A DNA stretch of 64,000 bases. Source: Armatimonadota bacterium. GTDB taxonomy: Bacteria; Armatimonadota; HRBIN16. The stretch covers positions 2,528,001 to 2,592,000 of the forward strand of contig OY781964.1 in the NCBI GenBank assembly GCA_963677485.1, given 5' to 3'. The notes below the pieces were generated by a model that had not been told where the DNA came from, ran no database searches, and saw only the letters and a program-made list of their open reading frames with translations. The translations under genes were made by a program, and so were the position numbers. Positions 21,787 through 31,547 of the stretch are shown here, one piece after another. Each line of letters begins with the position of its first letter. Position 1 is the first letter of the stretch.

Positions 21787-23166
21787 ATGCCAACAATACG
21801 CCCGTCCGATAACGGAAGAGCATGCATCAATCCTGCGATGGGCTGGACGATGCACTTCTACAGCAATGTGCCGTCCAACTACGGCTCGCAACTGGAACCA
21901 TCGGATACACTGGATGATTTTCCAGGTCTCAGCACGGTCTATCTGCGCATCCCGTGGGCTTTTCTGGAGCCTGTTGAGGGGCAGTTCAACTGGGCACTGT
22001 TGGACACACCCGCCCAGCGGTGGATCAGCAAAGGTAAAAAGATCGCGTTGAGGCTCACCACCAGCGAGAACTGGGTTCGGTTCGCCACGCCGGAGTGGGT
22101 ATTCAAAGCGGGGGCCAAAGCGGTGCCCTGCACCTTCGGCAAAGGGCCTGATCCCAACGGACCCTTTGTGGACCCTGTGTTTGATGACCCGATCTACTTG
22201 AAAAAGCTGGAGGCTTTCTTGATGGCCGCCGGTGCGCGCTATGGCAACAACAAGAATGTGGAGTTCATCGATGTGGGCACGTATGGGATGTGGGGCGAAG
22301 GCCACACCTTCATGAGCAGCCAGTTCCCTGTCAAACGCCAGATGAGCTGCCTCAAAAAGCACATCGCGCTGCACAAGAAGGCCTTTCCCAACATCCAACT
22401 AGTCATCAGCGATGATGTGGCCGGCCCGCAGACGCCCGGCTACCATATGCCGGAGACCGACTACGCATTATCCCAAGGTGTGGGTTTGCGTGACGACAGC
22501 ATTCTGGTGCAGCCGCCGCCCAACAGTTGGTACCATGCGCAAATGGCGCAGGCCTTCTGGCCAAAATACCCTGTTGTGATTGAGCATGAGCACTACGGCG
22601 GGAGCAAAGACCGCGGGGCCTGGAATAAGTCGCTGTTGTTGAAGTCGGTAGAGGACTATCACGGCAGCTTCATGAGCATCCACTGGTGGCCGCGTATCGA
22701 ACTTGATGAAAACAGGGATGTCATTGAACGCATCAACCTGCGGATGGGTTACCGGCTGCAACTGCGAAAACTTGTGCTGCCAGATTCGGTGAGCATCGGA
22801 GAGTGGTTCCAGGTCGAAAGCAGCTGGGCAAACGCAGGCGTGGCACCTTGCTACCCGGGTGGGTTCATGGCACTGACCCTCAAAGATGACAAGGACGGCA
22901 TCGTGTCTGTGATGGTGGATGAGGGGCTCGATATGCGCAGTCTGCAGGTAGCAAAACCGAAGCAGGCAGCCGAAGTGAGCCACCAGGCGCGATTTGCTGT
23001 TGGGTTGATCGCACCCACCACGAAGGCGGGCACTTACAGCCTGTGGGTGAGTGTGGGCCAGCGTGACGGAACCCCTGTGATGGAGCTGCCGCTAGACGGC
23101 TCAGACGGTGCCAAGCGCTACCGTATTGGCGAATTACAAGTCACTGGTACCCAAAAAGGCTGGTAG
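21787..23166 (+). CDS. DUF4832-domain / beta-galactosidase-like TIM-barrel glycosidase
   Basis: YLRIPWAFLEPVEGQFNW, GMWGEGH, RMGYRLQL, WANAGVAPCY. Confidence 0.75.
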   Translation: MPTIRPSDNGRACINPAMGWTMHFYSNVPSNYGSQLEPSDTLDDFPGLSTVYLRIPWAFLEPVEGQFNWALLDTPAQRWISKGKKIALRLTTSENWVRFATPEWVFKAGAKAVPCTFGKGPDPNGPFVDPVFDDPIYLKKLEAFLMAAGARYGNNKNVEFIDVGTYGMWGEGHTFMSSQFPVKRQMSCLKKHIALHKKAFPNIQLVISDDVAGPQTPGYHMPETDYALSQGVGLRDDSILVQPPPNSWYHAQMAQAFWPKYPVVIEHEHYGGSKDRGAWNKSLLLKSVEDYHGSFMSIHWWPRIELDENRDVIERINLRMGYRLQLRKLVLPDSVSIGEWFQVESSWANAGVAPCYPGGFMALTLKDDKDGIVSVMVDEGLDMRSLQVAKPKQAAEVSHQARFAVGLIAPTTKAGTYSLWVSVGQRDGTPVMELPLDGSDGAKRYRIGELQVTGTQKGW

Positions 23167-23214
23167 ATTTGTCCGTGATTGGACGGATCGGTCTGATCCG
23201 TCCAATCCGTCCGA

Positions 23215-24123
23215 TCACCGTGCAGGCGGCAGAAAATCATACCCCTCAAGAGCTTGGTCAATCGCACTGCGATGCTCATTCGTGAACAGTTCCGAGGCGT
23301 GTGCGCGCATGGTCGTGCCGATTCGCAGCCCTCTTTTGCCCAGAATGTATTTGGCACTGGAAGGGTATTTATTCGCATTCATCAATTCATGCACTGCCAT
23401 CATGGCTTCAAACACCTTTTGACGGTATGCTTCGTCTGTGATGGCTTTGTCGCAATAGGCCGCGCAAAGTTCCGGACACGGGTTGGCGATCACTCCACAA
23501 TGGCCAAATCCACCTGCCTGCAAAGTGTCTGGCGTATACCGGATGTTGGCCTCGAAAATGCGCAGTGAGGAACCCGCGGCTCGCTGCACCTTCTTCACGC
23601 ACATGGACAGATCGCCGATGGTATCTTTCATGAAGATATAACGGTTGGAGTCCGCCAGAACGCCGATCTGCTTATCATCCAGCACACGATGCGTCGGGAC
23701 GGGGCACTCGTATAACCCCAACGGCACAGGGGTGAGCTCCGCCAGCTTGAGCAGTTGACCCACCAGATCATCGGCTTGCGGCAGGTTGGAGATGAGCACC
23801 ACTGCCGCATCAACCCCAGTGTCATACATCAACTCCAACTCCCTGGCCTGCTTCTGCAGAGTAGCCCCAAAGTTGGCTCCAGCGACGATGGCGATACGTC
23901 CATTCGCCTGTTTGACCACACGGCGGGCAAGTTCGAGGCGTTCCTCGGTAGATAGGGTGAACACCTCACCAGACAAACAGTCTGCGAACAACGCACTTAC
24001 CCCGGCTTGAATGTAAAACTCCACTAACTCATCCAGAGCCTCGTAATCAACCTGACCATCGGCTCGGAACGGGGTTAGCAAGACAGGAATGGCCCCATGG
24101 GCGACGGCGCTTATCTGATGCAT
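23215..24123 (-). CDS. Dihydrodipicolinate synthase / class I aldolase family
   Basis: LLTPF..DG.VDY, SGEVFTLS, LYECP, Schiff-base Lys in MKDT. Confidence 0.88.
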   Translation of the reverse strand: MHQISAVAHGAIPVLLTPFRADGQVDYEALDELVEFYIQAGVSALFADCLSGEVFTLSTEERLELARRVVKQANGRIAIVAGANFGATLQKQARELELMYDTGVDAAVVLISNLPQADDLVGQLLKLAELTPVPLGLYECPVPTHRVLDDKQIGVLADSNRYIFMKDTIGDLSMCVKKVQRAAGSSLRIFEANIRYTPDTLQAGGFGHCGVIANPCPELCAAYCDKAITDEAYRQKVFEAMMAVHELMNANKYPSSAKYILGKRGLRIGTTMRAHASELFTNEHRSAIDQALEGYDFLPPAR

Positions 24124-24197
24124 CTGTATACTCCCAACGTGTATATTAAGTGGTTCGGATAGACGGCTTGTATCTCTATTATGCCCACGTGATGTAA

Positions 24198-24818
24198 CTA
24201 AAAGGTATGATCGGCGTCATACGATGCTCCCTGTGAAGCAGTGAGTGGGAATTCATGTTCAACAGTGAAAGTGTTACCCGTAGGATGGAACAAACTGCTC
24301 ATCAAAGATACCCTGTTGAGCTCGACCGGTGGGAGATGAGGATACCGAAATGGGCTCATTATGCCCGCTATGATTTGCGACGGCGCATCGTGACGAAGAC
24401 GAGCCAACGTGATATGGGGTGCGAATAGTAGTCCTTGTTTTAGCTCGAACGGAGCCAGCGCATGATCGATAGACTGATGCAGCGAAGCGAGGAGCTCACC
24501 ATTCAGGTTTGGCTCCAGCCAGATCATCCGACCGAAATGCAGCAGAATGTGATCGAAATTCACCAGGAATGGGGACGAATCAGAGAGTGATTTGCTCAAT
24601 GCATCCACCAGATCGTCATACCGTTCGTTTGGGAACTCACCGATGAACCTCAGGGTGACATGCAGCTTTTCCTCGGGCTCCCAACGCGCGCTGGATGGAG
24701 GTATGACTTCGTTGATACTCTGCTGAAGATGTACGATCGCAGCTTTGTGGGCTTTTCCGGCTTCGTCATCCGGTAGTTTCCAGGCCACAAACAGCCGAAG
24801 AGGCTTATCCTCACACAT
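24198..24818 (-). CDS. thpR: RNA 2',3'-cyclic phosphodiesterase (2H family)
   Basis: RLFVA and two HxT motifs (LHVTLRFIG, PHITLAR). Confidence 0.88.
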   Translation of the reverse strand: MCEDKPLRLFVAWKLPDDEAGKAHKAAIVHLQQSINEVIPPSSARWEPEEKLHVTLRFIGEFPNERYDDLVDALSKSLSDSSPFLVNFDHILLHFGRMIWLEPNLNGELLASLHQSIDHALAPFELKQGLLFAPHITLARLRHDAPSQIIAGIMSPFRYPHLPPVELNRVSLMSSLFHPTGNTFTVEHEFPLTASQGASYDADHTF

Positions 24819-26010
24819 CCTGCTGCCCCCTCAACTGCATCACGTGAGCAGCGATGAACATAGCACTCAGGCACAAGATTCCGAATGTCAACAACCAGGT
24901 GACCTCCAACTGGCCATGACCCAACCAGTCGCCCATCGCGGCCAAACCGGCCCCCAATGCCGATCCAGCAGCGACCACACCTTCATGAATACCGGCATGG
25001 CGACCGCGGGTACGGCTGCCCACCAGCGAATAGAACAGCGACATCTGAATGGTCATCGCCACACTTCCGCCAAACAATAGCTGGCAAAGCACTTGAAGCC
25101 AGAGGGTGTGTGACATCATCACACCCGTGAAGGCGATCACCATCATGGTGAAACAGCCCAGCATCACATTGATGCGAAACTGCCACCCATTCCAGCAGCG
25201 GAACAGCCAGAAAGTGATCATACGCATAAAGAACCAGGCACTTAGCCAGCTTGAGGCCACTGCAAATTGCAAACCTAGTTGTTTGGCAATGACCGGGTTG
25301 CAGGGGTTGATCACGTTGATCATGAGGTAGGCGCAGGGATTGGCTATCCAACCGATATGCCGGAATATCCTCCGACACCGCTCCGGCACATCCTCACCCA
25401 GTGAGCTGGTGATACTGTGCTCTGCTTCAGGGATGCTCTGAATACGCCCCACACTGCTCAGTGTGGCGGCACAGTTGATGCACAGACAGAGCAGCGGAAT
25501 GATGAATAGCGCAGGGGGGCCATACGAGCTGATCAGCGGTGTGATGACAAAGAAAGCGACTGAGGAGGCACTGCTCCAACTGATGTTGAACGCGGAGACA
25601 TATTTTTGTGTGTTTTGGGCGTCCTCGCCGCGGGTCAGGCTGCTTTGTACCGAGGTGAACACGCAGCCTTGAAACAGTGCGGTGAAGATGACTGCCATGA
25701 ACAGATTCCAGCCTGCGGGCGCCGTCAACCCCAGCAGTGCCCCCACACTGAGGCCAGTGTAGCCAATCAGCATAGTGCGTTTGGCACCCAGCCGCTGCAC
25801 CCCGCGACCGCCCGCAAGCGAGCCTGCGATGCTCAGCAGTCCCACCAGCATCTGCACCAGTGCGATGCGCCATATCGGCCAGTGCAGCACGTGCCGCGAA
25901 TAGAACGGCTGGCCGAACATGAGCAGGGTACATGCGAAACTCTGGCAGACCTCAATAAGCAGCAGGGGCCATTTAGTCGGGCGTCTTGGCTCAGTCGCAA
26001 GGATGCTCAT
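24811..26010 (-). CDS. MFS transporter
   Basis: About 12 hydrophobic segments; GGRGVQRLGAKR motif A variant. Confidence 0.85.
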   Translation of the reverse strand: MSILATEPRRPTKWPLLLIEVCQSFACTLLMFGQPFYSRHVLHWPIWRIALVQMLVGLLSIAGSLAGGRGVQRLGAKRTMLIGYTGLSVGALLGLTAPAGWNLFMAVIFTALFQGCVFTSVQSSLTRGEDAQNTQKYVSAFNISWSSASSVAFFVITPLISSYGPPALFIIPLLCLCINCAATLSSVGRIQSIPEAEHSITSSLGEDVPERCRRIFRHIGWIANPCAYLMINVINPCNPVIAKQLGLQFAVASSWLSAWFFMRMITFWLFRCWNGWQFRINVMLGCFTMMVIAFTGVMMSHTLWLQVLCQLLFGGSVAMTIQMSLFYSLVGSRTRGRHAGIHEGVVAAGSALGAGLAAMGDWLGHGQLEVTWLLTFGILCLSAMFIAAHVMQLRGQQDV

Positions 26011-26092
26011 GGGTATATCTTAACTGACATATGTGACAGATGCAAAACGTGGGTATCGTGCCTGAATGGGGGAGTCTTCCGGTTGGCCATCC

Positions 26093-26613
26093 CATCCGCG
26101 TTCATCCGTGTCCATCCGTGGTTAAGGCAATCTGAGTCATCTGCGTAATCTGTGGATGAACCTTCCTTTGTGTTTTGTTCTCTCCGTGCCAATCGCTGCC
26201 TGCCAGGAACCAGACCGGCGCGGTCTTGCACCCTCTGAAGACGCGAACCAACCGCCAGACCGCCCCGGACATAGCCAAACGGGCTGCGGTTGCGCACCCC
26301 ATCCGCGTTCATCTGTGTTCATCCGTGGTCAAGACAATCTGTGTCATCGGCGTAATCTGTGGATGAACCTTCCTCTTTGCGTTATGGATCTTTCCGTGCC
26401 AATCACCGCCTGCCAGGAACCAGACCGGCGCGGTCTTGCACCCTCTGAAGCAGCAAACCAACCGCCAGACCGCCCCGGACATAGCCAAACGGGCTGCGGT
26501 TGCGCACCCCATCCGCGTTCATCTGTGTTCATCCGTGGTTAGGAATATCTGTGTAATCCGCGTAATCTGTGGATGAACCTTCCCCTTCCCGTTCTTCGCG
26601 TCTCCGCGTGAGA
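26093..26613. repeat. About 2.3 tandem copies of a ~208-bp composite repeat unit
   Basis: catccgcgttcatc.gtgt.catccgtgg starts at 26093, 26300 and 26510; units nearly identical. Confidence 0.9.
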
Positions 26614-26683
26614 CCATACCAACGCCTGCACGACGGGCGATGAGCGTGTATAATGACGCTAGTTTATCACCGGAGGTGCCTCT

Positions 26684-29176
26684 GTGAAATCCTTTAGTTT
26701 GAACGGCGAATGGCAGATTCGTGGAATAGATGGCCAGCACGGCAACACAGGTCAGTATGTGGGGATCGAGTGTGACCCGCGCTACCGTTTCCCGGCCACC
26801 GTGCCCGGCGAGGTTCACATGGACCTGATGCGCGCGGGGCTGATCCAGGACCCTAATCTAGGGTTGAACTCGCTCAGTGCACGCTGGGTAGAGGAGCAGA
26901 TATGGGTCTACCGCAAGAGCTTCACTGCCCCGAAAGAGGCACTCTCTGGACGGAGTATTCTGGTTTTCGAACGCCTGGACTTGATCGCAGACATCTATCT
27001 GAACGGACACAAGGTAGGGCAGCACACCAACAGCTTTTACCCATGTCGCGTGGAGGTGACGGGGATTTTGCTGGAGGGTGAGAACCTGCTGGCGGTGTCA
27101 CTGGATGCCGGCCTTTACCACACCAGTGAGAAGCCGGGAGCCGCCTACACCACCTGGTTCGACCATCAGTTGCACAAACGCGCCTGGCTGCGTAAGCCGC
27201 AAAACCAGTTCAGTTGGGACTGGCATCCCCGCCTGATCAATGTGGGCATCACCAAGGGCGTCTCGCTGGAGTATGGTGCCGATGCGCGAATCGACAGCAT
27301 CAGCTTGACTCCAAAACTGTCGGAGGATCACAACTCAGCTTCCCTACTGGCCGATGTGCGTGTGGAAAATCTGAACGCCTCCGCCAGCCAGGTGGAGCTG
27401 AGTGTGGTGTGCGGGGAGCACCGCATCGCGCTGACGCAGGAATGCCAGCCCGGCATGAACACACTGAAGCTGGAGCTGAAGATCGGCCAGCCGAAACTCT
27501 GGTGGCCCAAGGGCTACGGCGAGCAGCCGCTATATGATGTGCAGTTCGAGCTGAAGAACACCGACGGTCAGTTGATCGAGACGCAGGGCCGCCGCACAGC
27601 GATCCGCAGCGTGGAGCTTGAGCAGACCGTACATCCCGTGGAAGGCAACTACTTTGTGGTGAAAATCAACGGCGTGAGGATGTTCCTGAAGGGCGGCAAC
27701 TGGGTCCCGCCAGATATGATCTTTGCGAACATCGACGCGGGCCGGTACCGCCGACTGGTTGAGCTGGCGGTGGAGTCAAACTGCAACGCGCTGCGCGTGT
27801 GGGGCGGCGGTCTTTATACGGAGAACGAGTTCCTGGACGCCTGCGATGAGCTGGGCGTGGTGATCTGGCACGACTTCATCTTCGCCTGCTGCCAGTATCC
27901 TGCCGACGACCAGGTCTGGCTGCAAGATGTGCAGCGCGAGGTAGATTTCGTGACGCGGCATATCTCGCACCACCCGTCGCTCTGCGTCTGGTGCGGCAAC
28001 AACGAGCTGGAGTGGGGGTTCTGGGACTGGGGCTTCCCCGGTATGAAGGTGCATCCCGACCACAGCCTGTATCACATCCATATCCCGCGGATTGTAAAGC
28101 AGAACGACCCCTCGCGCCCCTATTGGCCCAGTTCGCCATATAGCACAGATTACCGGCATCCGCAGGACCCGCATACGGGCGACCAGCACCCCTGGGGTGT
28201 GAGCCTTCAGGTGGATGAGACCAACTTCTATGCCTACCGCGGCTATACCGACCGCTTCCCCAATGAGGGAGGTGTGCTGGGCTGCAGCAACCTTGTCACG
28301 CTGAAGCAGTTCTTGCCGGAGGGTCAGCAGTACCTGGGCTCCCCCAGTTGGGAGCATCACGACAACGCCACCAACTACTGGCGAAACCCGCTCTCTGAGG
28401 CGATGCTGAAGGACTGGCTGGGCAAAAGCGGAAACCAGTTTGAGCTGGAGGAGTATGTCTACGCCAGTGCCATGCTGCAGGCTGAAGGTCTGAGCGAATA
28501 CGCTGCAAACTACCGTCGGCGGAAGTGGGACAGCAGTTGCGCCATCTTCTGGATGTACAACGACAGTTGGCCCACCACCCATGGATGGACCATCGTCGAC
28601 TATTATGAGCGACGCAAGCCCAGCTTCTACGCCATGAAGCGCGCGTTCGCGGATATCACGGTTATCTGCGTCTCCGAGGAGCGCAGCATCAAAATCTACG
28701 GCGTGAATGACACACAGCAGCCGTTTGATGGTCAGTTGTGGTGCGGTCTGTTTGGTCTGGACGGCTCCATGCCGGGTGACAACAAGCTGGATGTTCACAT
28801 CCCCGCCAACAGCAGTGTCGAACTGGCCGAAATGCCCAGCCTGCTGCTTCGCGAGCAGGGTATCGAGAAGACCGGTGTGTTTGCACAGTTGTGGGATGGT
28901 GCCCACTTGGTGGGGCAGCATCGGCTGTTCCTGGGACGGTTCAAGGAGATGAGCTTCACCCTGCCGAAGATCAAGATCGACTGGCTGGATGACCACGCTA
29001 TATTCCTGGCCGATGGCTTCGTGTGGGGCGTGTGCATCGATGAGCTGGGTGAAGAGAGTCTGCCTGATAACTACTTCGACCTGCTGCCCCATGTGGAGTA
29101 CCGCATCCCCTGGCCGGAGTCGCGAGCGCTGCCCAAGGTGCTGCGCATCGGCAACCGGCTGTGTGAGCAGGGGTAG
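26684..29176 (+). CDS. Beta-mannosidase-like GH2
   Basis: RKPQ.QFSWDW, LRVWGGGLY, WCGNNE, WMYNDSWP. Confidence 0.92.
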   Translation: MKSFSLNGEWQIRGIDGQHGNTGQYVGIECDPRYRFPATVPGEVHMDLMRAGLIQDPNLGLNSLSARWVEEQIWVYRKSFTAPKEALSGRSILVFERLDLIADIYLNGHKVGQHTNSFYPCRVEVTGILLEGENLLAVSLDAGLYHTSEKPGAAYTTWFDHQLHKRAWLRKPQNQFSWDWHPRLINVGITKGVSLEYGADARIDSISLTPKLSEDHNSASLLADVRVENLNASASQVELSVVCGEHRIALTQECQPGMNTLKLELKIGQPKLWWPKGYGEQPLYDVQFELKNTDGQLIETQGRRTAIRSVELEQTVHPVEGNYFVVKINGVRMFLKGGNWVPPDMIFANIDAGRYRRLVELAVESNCNALRVWGGGLYTENEFLDACDELGVVIWHDFIFACCQYPADDQVWLQDVQREVDFVTRHISHHPSLCVWCGNNELEWGFWDWGFPGMKVHPDHSLYHIHIPRIVKQNDPSRPYWPSSPYSTDYRHPQDPHTGDQHPWGVSLQVDETNFYAYRGYTDRFPNEGGVLGCSNLVTLKQFLPEGQQYLGSPSWEHHDNATNYWRNPLSEAMLKDWLGKSGNQFELEEYVYASAMLQAEGLSEYAANYRRRKWDSSCAIFWMYNDSWPTTHGWTIVDYYERRKPSFYAMKRAFADITVICVSEERSIKIYGVNDTQQPFDGQLWCGLFGLDGSMPGDNKLDVHIPANSSVELAEMPSLLLREQGIEKTGVFAQLWDGAHLVGQHRLFLGRFKEMSFTLPKIKIDWLDDHAIFLADGFVWGVCIDELGEESLPDNYFDLLPHVEYRIPWPESRALPKVLRIGNRLCEQG

Positions 29177-29222
29177 GGCGAGGGCCGTTACTTCATCCTG
29201 TGCCTTACAAAATACCAAAGAT

Positions 29223-29250
29223 CAGTGGCCAGTCCGAGGACTGGCCACTG
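29223..29250. terminator. Perfect hairpin between convergent genes
   Basis: cagtggccagtc-cgag-gactggccactg. Confidence 0.5.
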
Positions 29251-29257
29251 GCGATTC

Positions 29258-31399
29258 TTAGCGGGGTATGACGGGCATCCCCAAGGTCACAGAGGCGAGG
29301 ACGGGCGGCCGCTGCATCTGAATGCTTTCGGCTTCCAGCATCTCCACCGACACCGTGTCGCCGAAGTGGAACCGGAAGCTGATGTCATGCACTCCTTGGT
29401 CGGAAATCACGGCATTCAGTCTATCCGCCTTGCCAGGATCATGGTGCGCCATCAGCGAGCTTCTGAGCAGCGAGAAACGCGCCACGTCCGGCGAGGCATC
29501 AAGCGCCAACACCAGCGGGCAGACCACGCCCAGCTTGGTGCCCGTGCTCTGAAGCAGGCTCCAGCCCATCAGCGGATACTCCCTGCCATCGTTCGGCCGC
29601 TCCAGGGATGCACCTGGGATGCCGTCAATCCGCACCTCGGATGCCACCGGCAGCGGCAGACAGAGCTTCAGCATCTTCTGCTTCTCCTGCCAATGCACAC
29701 GCAGACGCAGCTCCACGCACATCTCCGTATCGTACACGCGCCACTCGGCCTGCAGCTTGCTCTGGCCAACGGTCCCTTGCTGCCAGATCGCCTGCACCAT
29801 CGGGCCGTCAAGCAGCACCTGGGGTTCTTCCCAGGTATCTGTGGCGGTCACCTCACCGGCGTAGCGGTCGATGCCGTGTGACCAGGTGTCCGATGTGTCG
29901 GTGATCAGCTCAAAGTGCGGTAAGGCCATCGCACCACCTGCGGGAAGTGTGAACTGGCGTTTTTGAAGGTCCACGCCCACACCCTGGCTGTTGGACAAAG
30001 CCGAAGGTTCTGCCGCCGGCCGCTCTGGCTGCGGAGAGTGTTCTGAACCACGGTCGATGCGGTAGACCATCATCTGCTTCGGTGCTAAATCCGCGTGGAT
30101 CAACAGCCGGTTATTGCCGTTGGTCACGGCTTCGGGCTTGACCAGTTGGTAGGGCACCTCCTCGTCGCGGTCGTTCAGCAGCTTCCAGTTGGGCTGCCAC
30201 TGCCGGAACTGCGACCATGGTTCGAACTCGGTGTAGCCCGTGAAGGGTCGGTCAGAGGCGTTGCACAACACCATCCGCTGCATGATGTCAGATGGCAGTT
30301 GAATGGTCATGCGGCGCAGGGAATGCGCCGATACCTCGGCGGCGATGGTGAGTGCGTAGCCCAACTGTGCATAGCACTGCTTGTATGCCGATGGGATGCA
30401 GCTCCCGGCCAGCACATCGTGGAACTGGTTGAAGGCCACTCGCTGCCAGGCTTTGGCCAGCTTCTTCGCCATCTTGGCATCGGGCACGATTTCCAGCATG
30501 ATCTCCGCCTGTCGCAGGGCCTGCTCCGCCTGCCGCACCAGCATCTTGATCTGGCGGTCGACCGTGTAGCAGCCAATCGCGTGGTACTGCAGCTCACCTG
30601 TGACGACTGGCAGCTGTTGCTTGTCAGCCTCAATCGCCTTGAAGAAGCGCGACATGCTGGAGAACTCAATCACACAGCCGGGGATGGTGTCACGGTTGGC
30701 TAGAATCCATTGGATGCTGCCTTCGGTGGGTCCGCCGCCGTGGTCGCCCACGCCGTAGAAGCACATCGTGTGGCGCATCCCCTCGGGTAGTTCAGTTAAC
30801 GCTCGTTCGACGTGCTCCAGGTGGATGGTCTCATCGAAGGTTCCATAACCGCCCGCAATGCGGAAGGTGGTGAGCTCGGGGCCGTCTTCAAACCCTCTCC
30901 ATTGGAACACACGCGCAGGGATTGGCTTTTCGTGCTCCTGTGGGCGCATCATCACGTAACAGCTCTGTCCGGCTTCACGTATCAAGCCCGGCAGTGCCGC
31001 GGAGTGCCCAAAACTGTCCACATTCACGGCGATGTCAGGGAATATACCAAATCGGCTCTGGAAATAGTCCTTACCAGCCTGAATCTGGCGTTGAAAGCCG
31101 ATGTCGGTCGGCAGGTTGCAGTCGGGCTGCATCCACCATCCGCCCACGATCTCCCATCGGCCTTGCTTCACATAACCCTGGATTCGCTCGAACAGCTCAG
31201 GATCGAGCATCTCCACCTGTTGGTAAGCCCATGCCTCGCCGTGGCTGAAGATGAATTCTGGGTGCCGTTCCATCAGCGTGGCCGCGGTGCGGAACGTGGC
31301 CAGCACCTCGTCCATGCCGTCCTGCCATTGCCAAAGCCAAACCGGATCGATATGTGAATGTCCGATCATGTGTATCGTAATGGGTTCACTAATCTGCAT
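29258..31399 (-). CDS. Alpha-mannosidase (GH38)
   Basis: GHSHIDPVWLW, VDSFGHS, YGVGDHGGGP, NQFHDVLAGS. Confidence 0.93.
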   Translation of the reverse strand: MQISEPITIHMIGHSHIDPVWLWQWQDGMDEVLATFRTAATLMERHPEFIFSHGEAWAYQQVEMLDPELFERIQGYVKQGRWEIVGGWWMQPDCNLPTDIGFQRQIQAGKDYFQSRFGIFPDIAVNVDSFGHSAALPGLIREAGQSCYVMMRPQEHEKPIPARVFQWRGFEDGPELTTFRIAGGYGTFDETIHLEHVERALTELPEGMRHTMCFYGVGDHGGGPTEGSIQWILANRDTIPGCVIEFSSMSRFFKAIEADKQQLPVVTGELQYHAIGCYTVDRQIKMLVRQAEQALRQAEIMLEIVPDAKMAKKLAKAWQRVAFNQFHDVLAGSCIPSAYKQCYAQLGYALTIAAEVSAHSLRRMTIQLPSDIMQRMVLCNASDRPFTGYTEFEPWSQFRQWQPNWKLLNDRDEEVPYQLVKPEAVTNGNNRLLIHADLAPKQMMVYRIDRGSEHSPQPERPAAEPSALSNSQGVGVDLQKRQFTLPAGGAMALPHFELITDTSDTWSHGIDRYAGEVTATDTWEEPQVLLDGPMVQAIWQQGTVGQSKLQAEWRVYDTEMCVELRLRVHWQEKQKMLKLCLPLPVASEVRIDGIPGASLERPNDGREYPLMGWSLLQSTGTKLGVVCPLVLALDASPDVARFSLLRSSLMAHHDPGKADRLNAVISDQGVHDISFRFHFGDTVSVEMLEAESIQMQRPPVLASVTLGMPVIPR

Positions 31400-31547
31400 G
31401 AAGATGCTCCCTATGCGCACTGCGCGTGATATGGTTGTTTACAATATAGCACATTGGTGACACATGATTCGTAAAATGGGGCTGATGTGTGGCGTAAAAT
31501 ATAACTGCTTGATGGTGTTCGTGTTCTCAAACTAAAGGTGGTTGCAA

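Noticed and set aside
26093-26613. CRISPR array
   Set aside because: Units are ~208 bp and nearly identical throughout, with no unique spacers and no cas genes
27776-29218. Long antisense ORFs (also 35276-36526, 12652-13416 and others)
   Set aside because: Shadow frames of well-supported genes in GC-rich DNA
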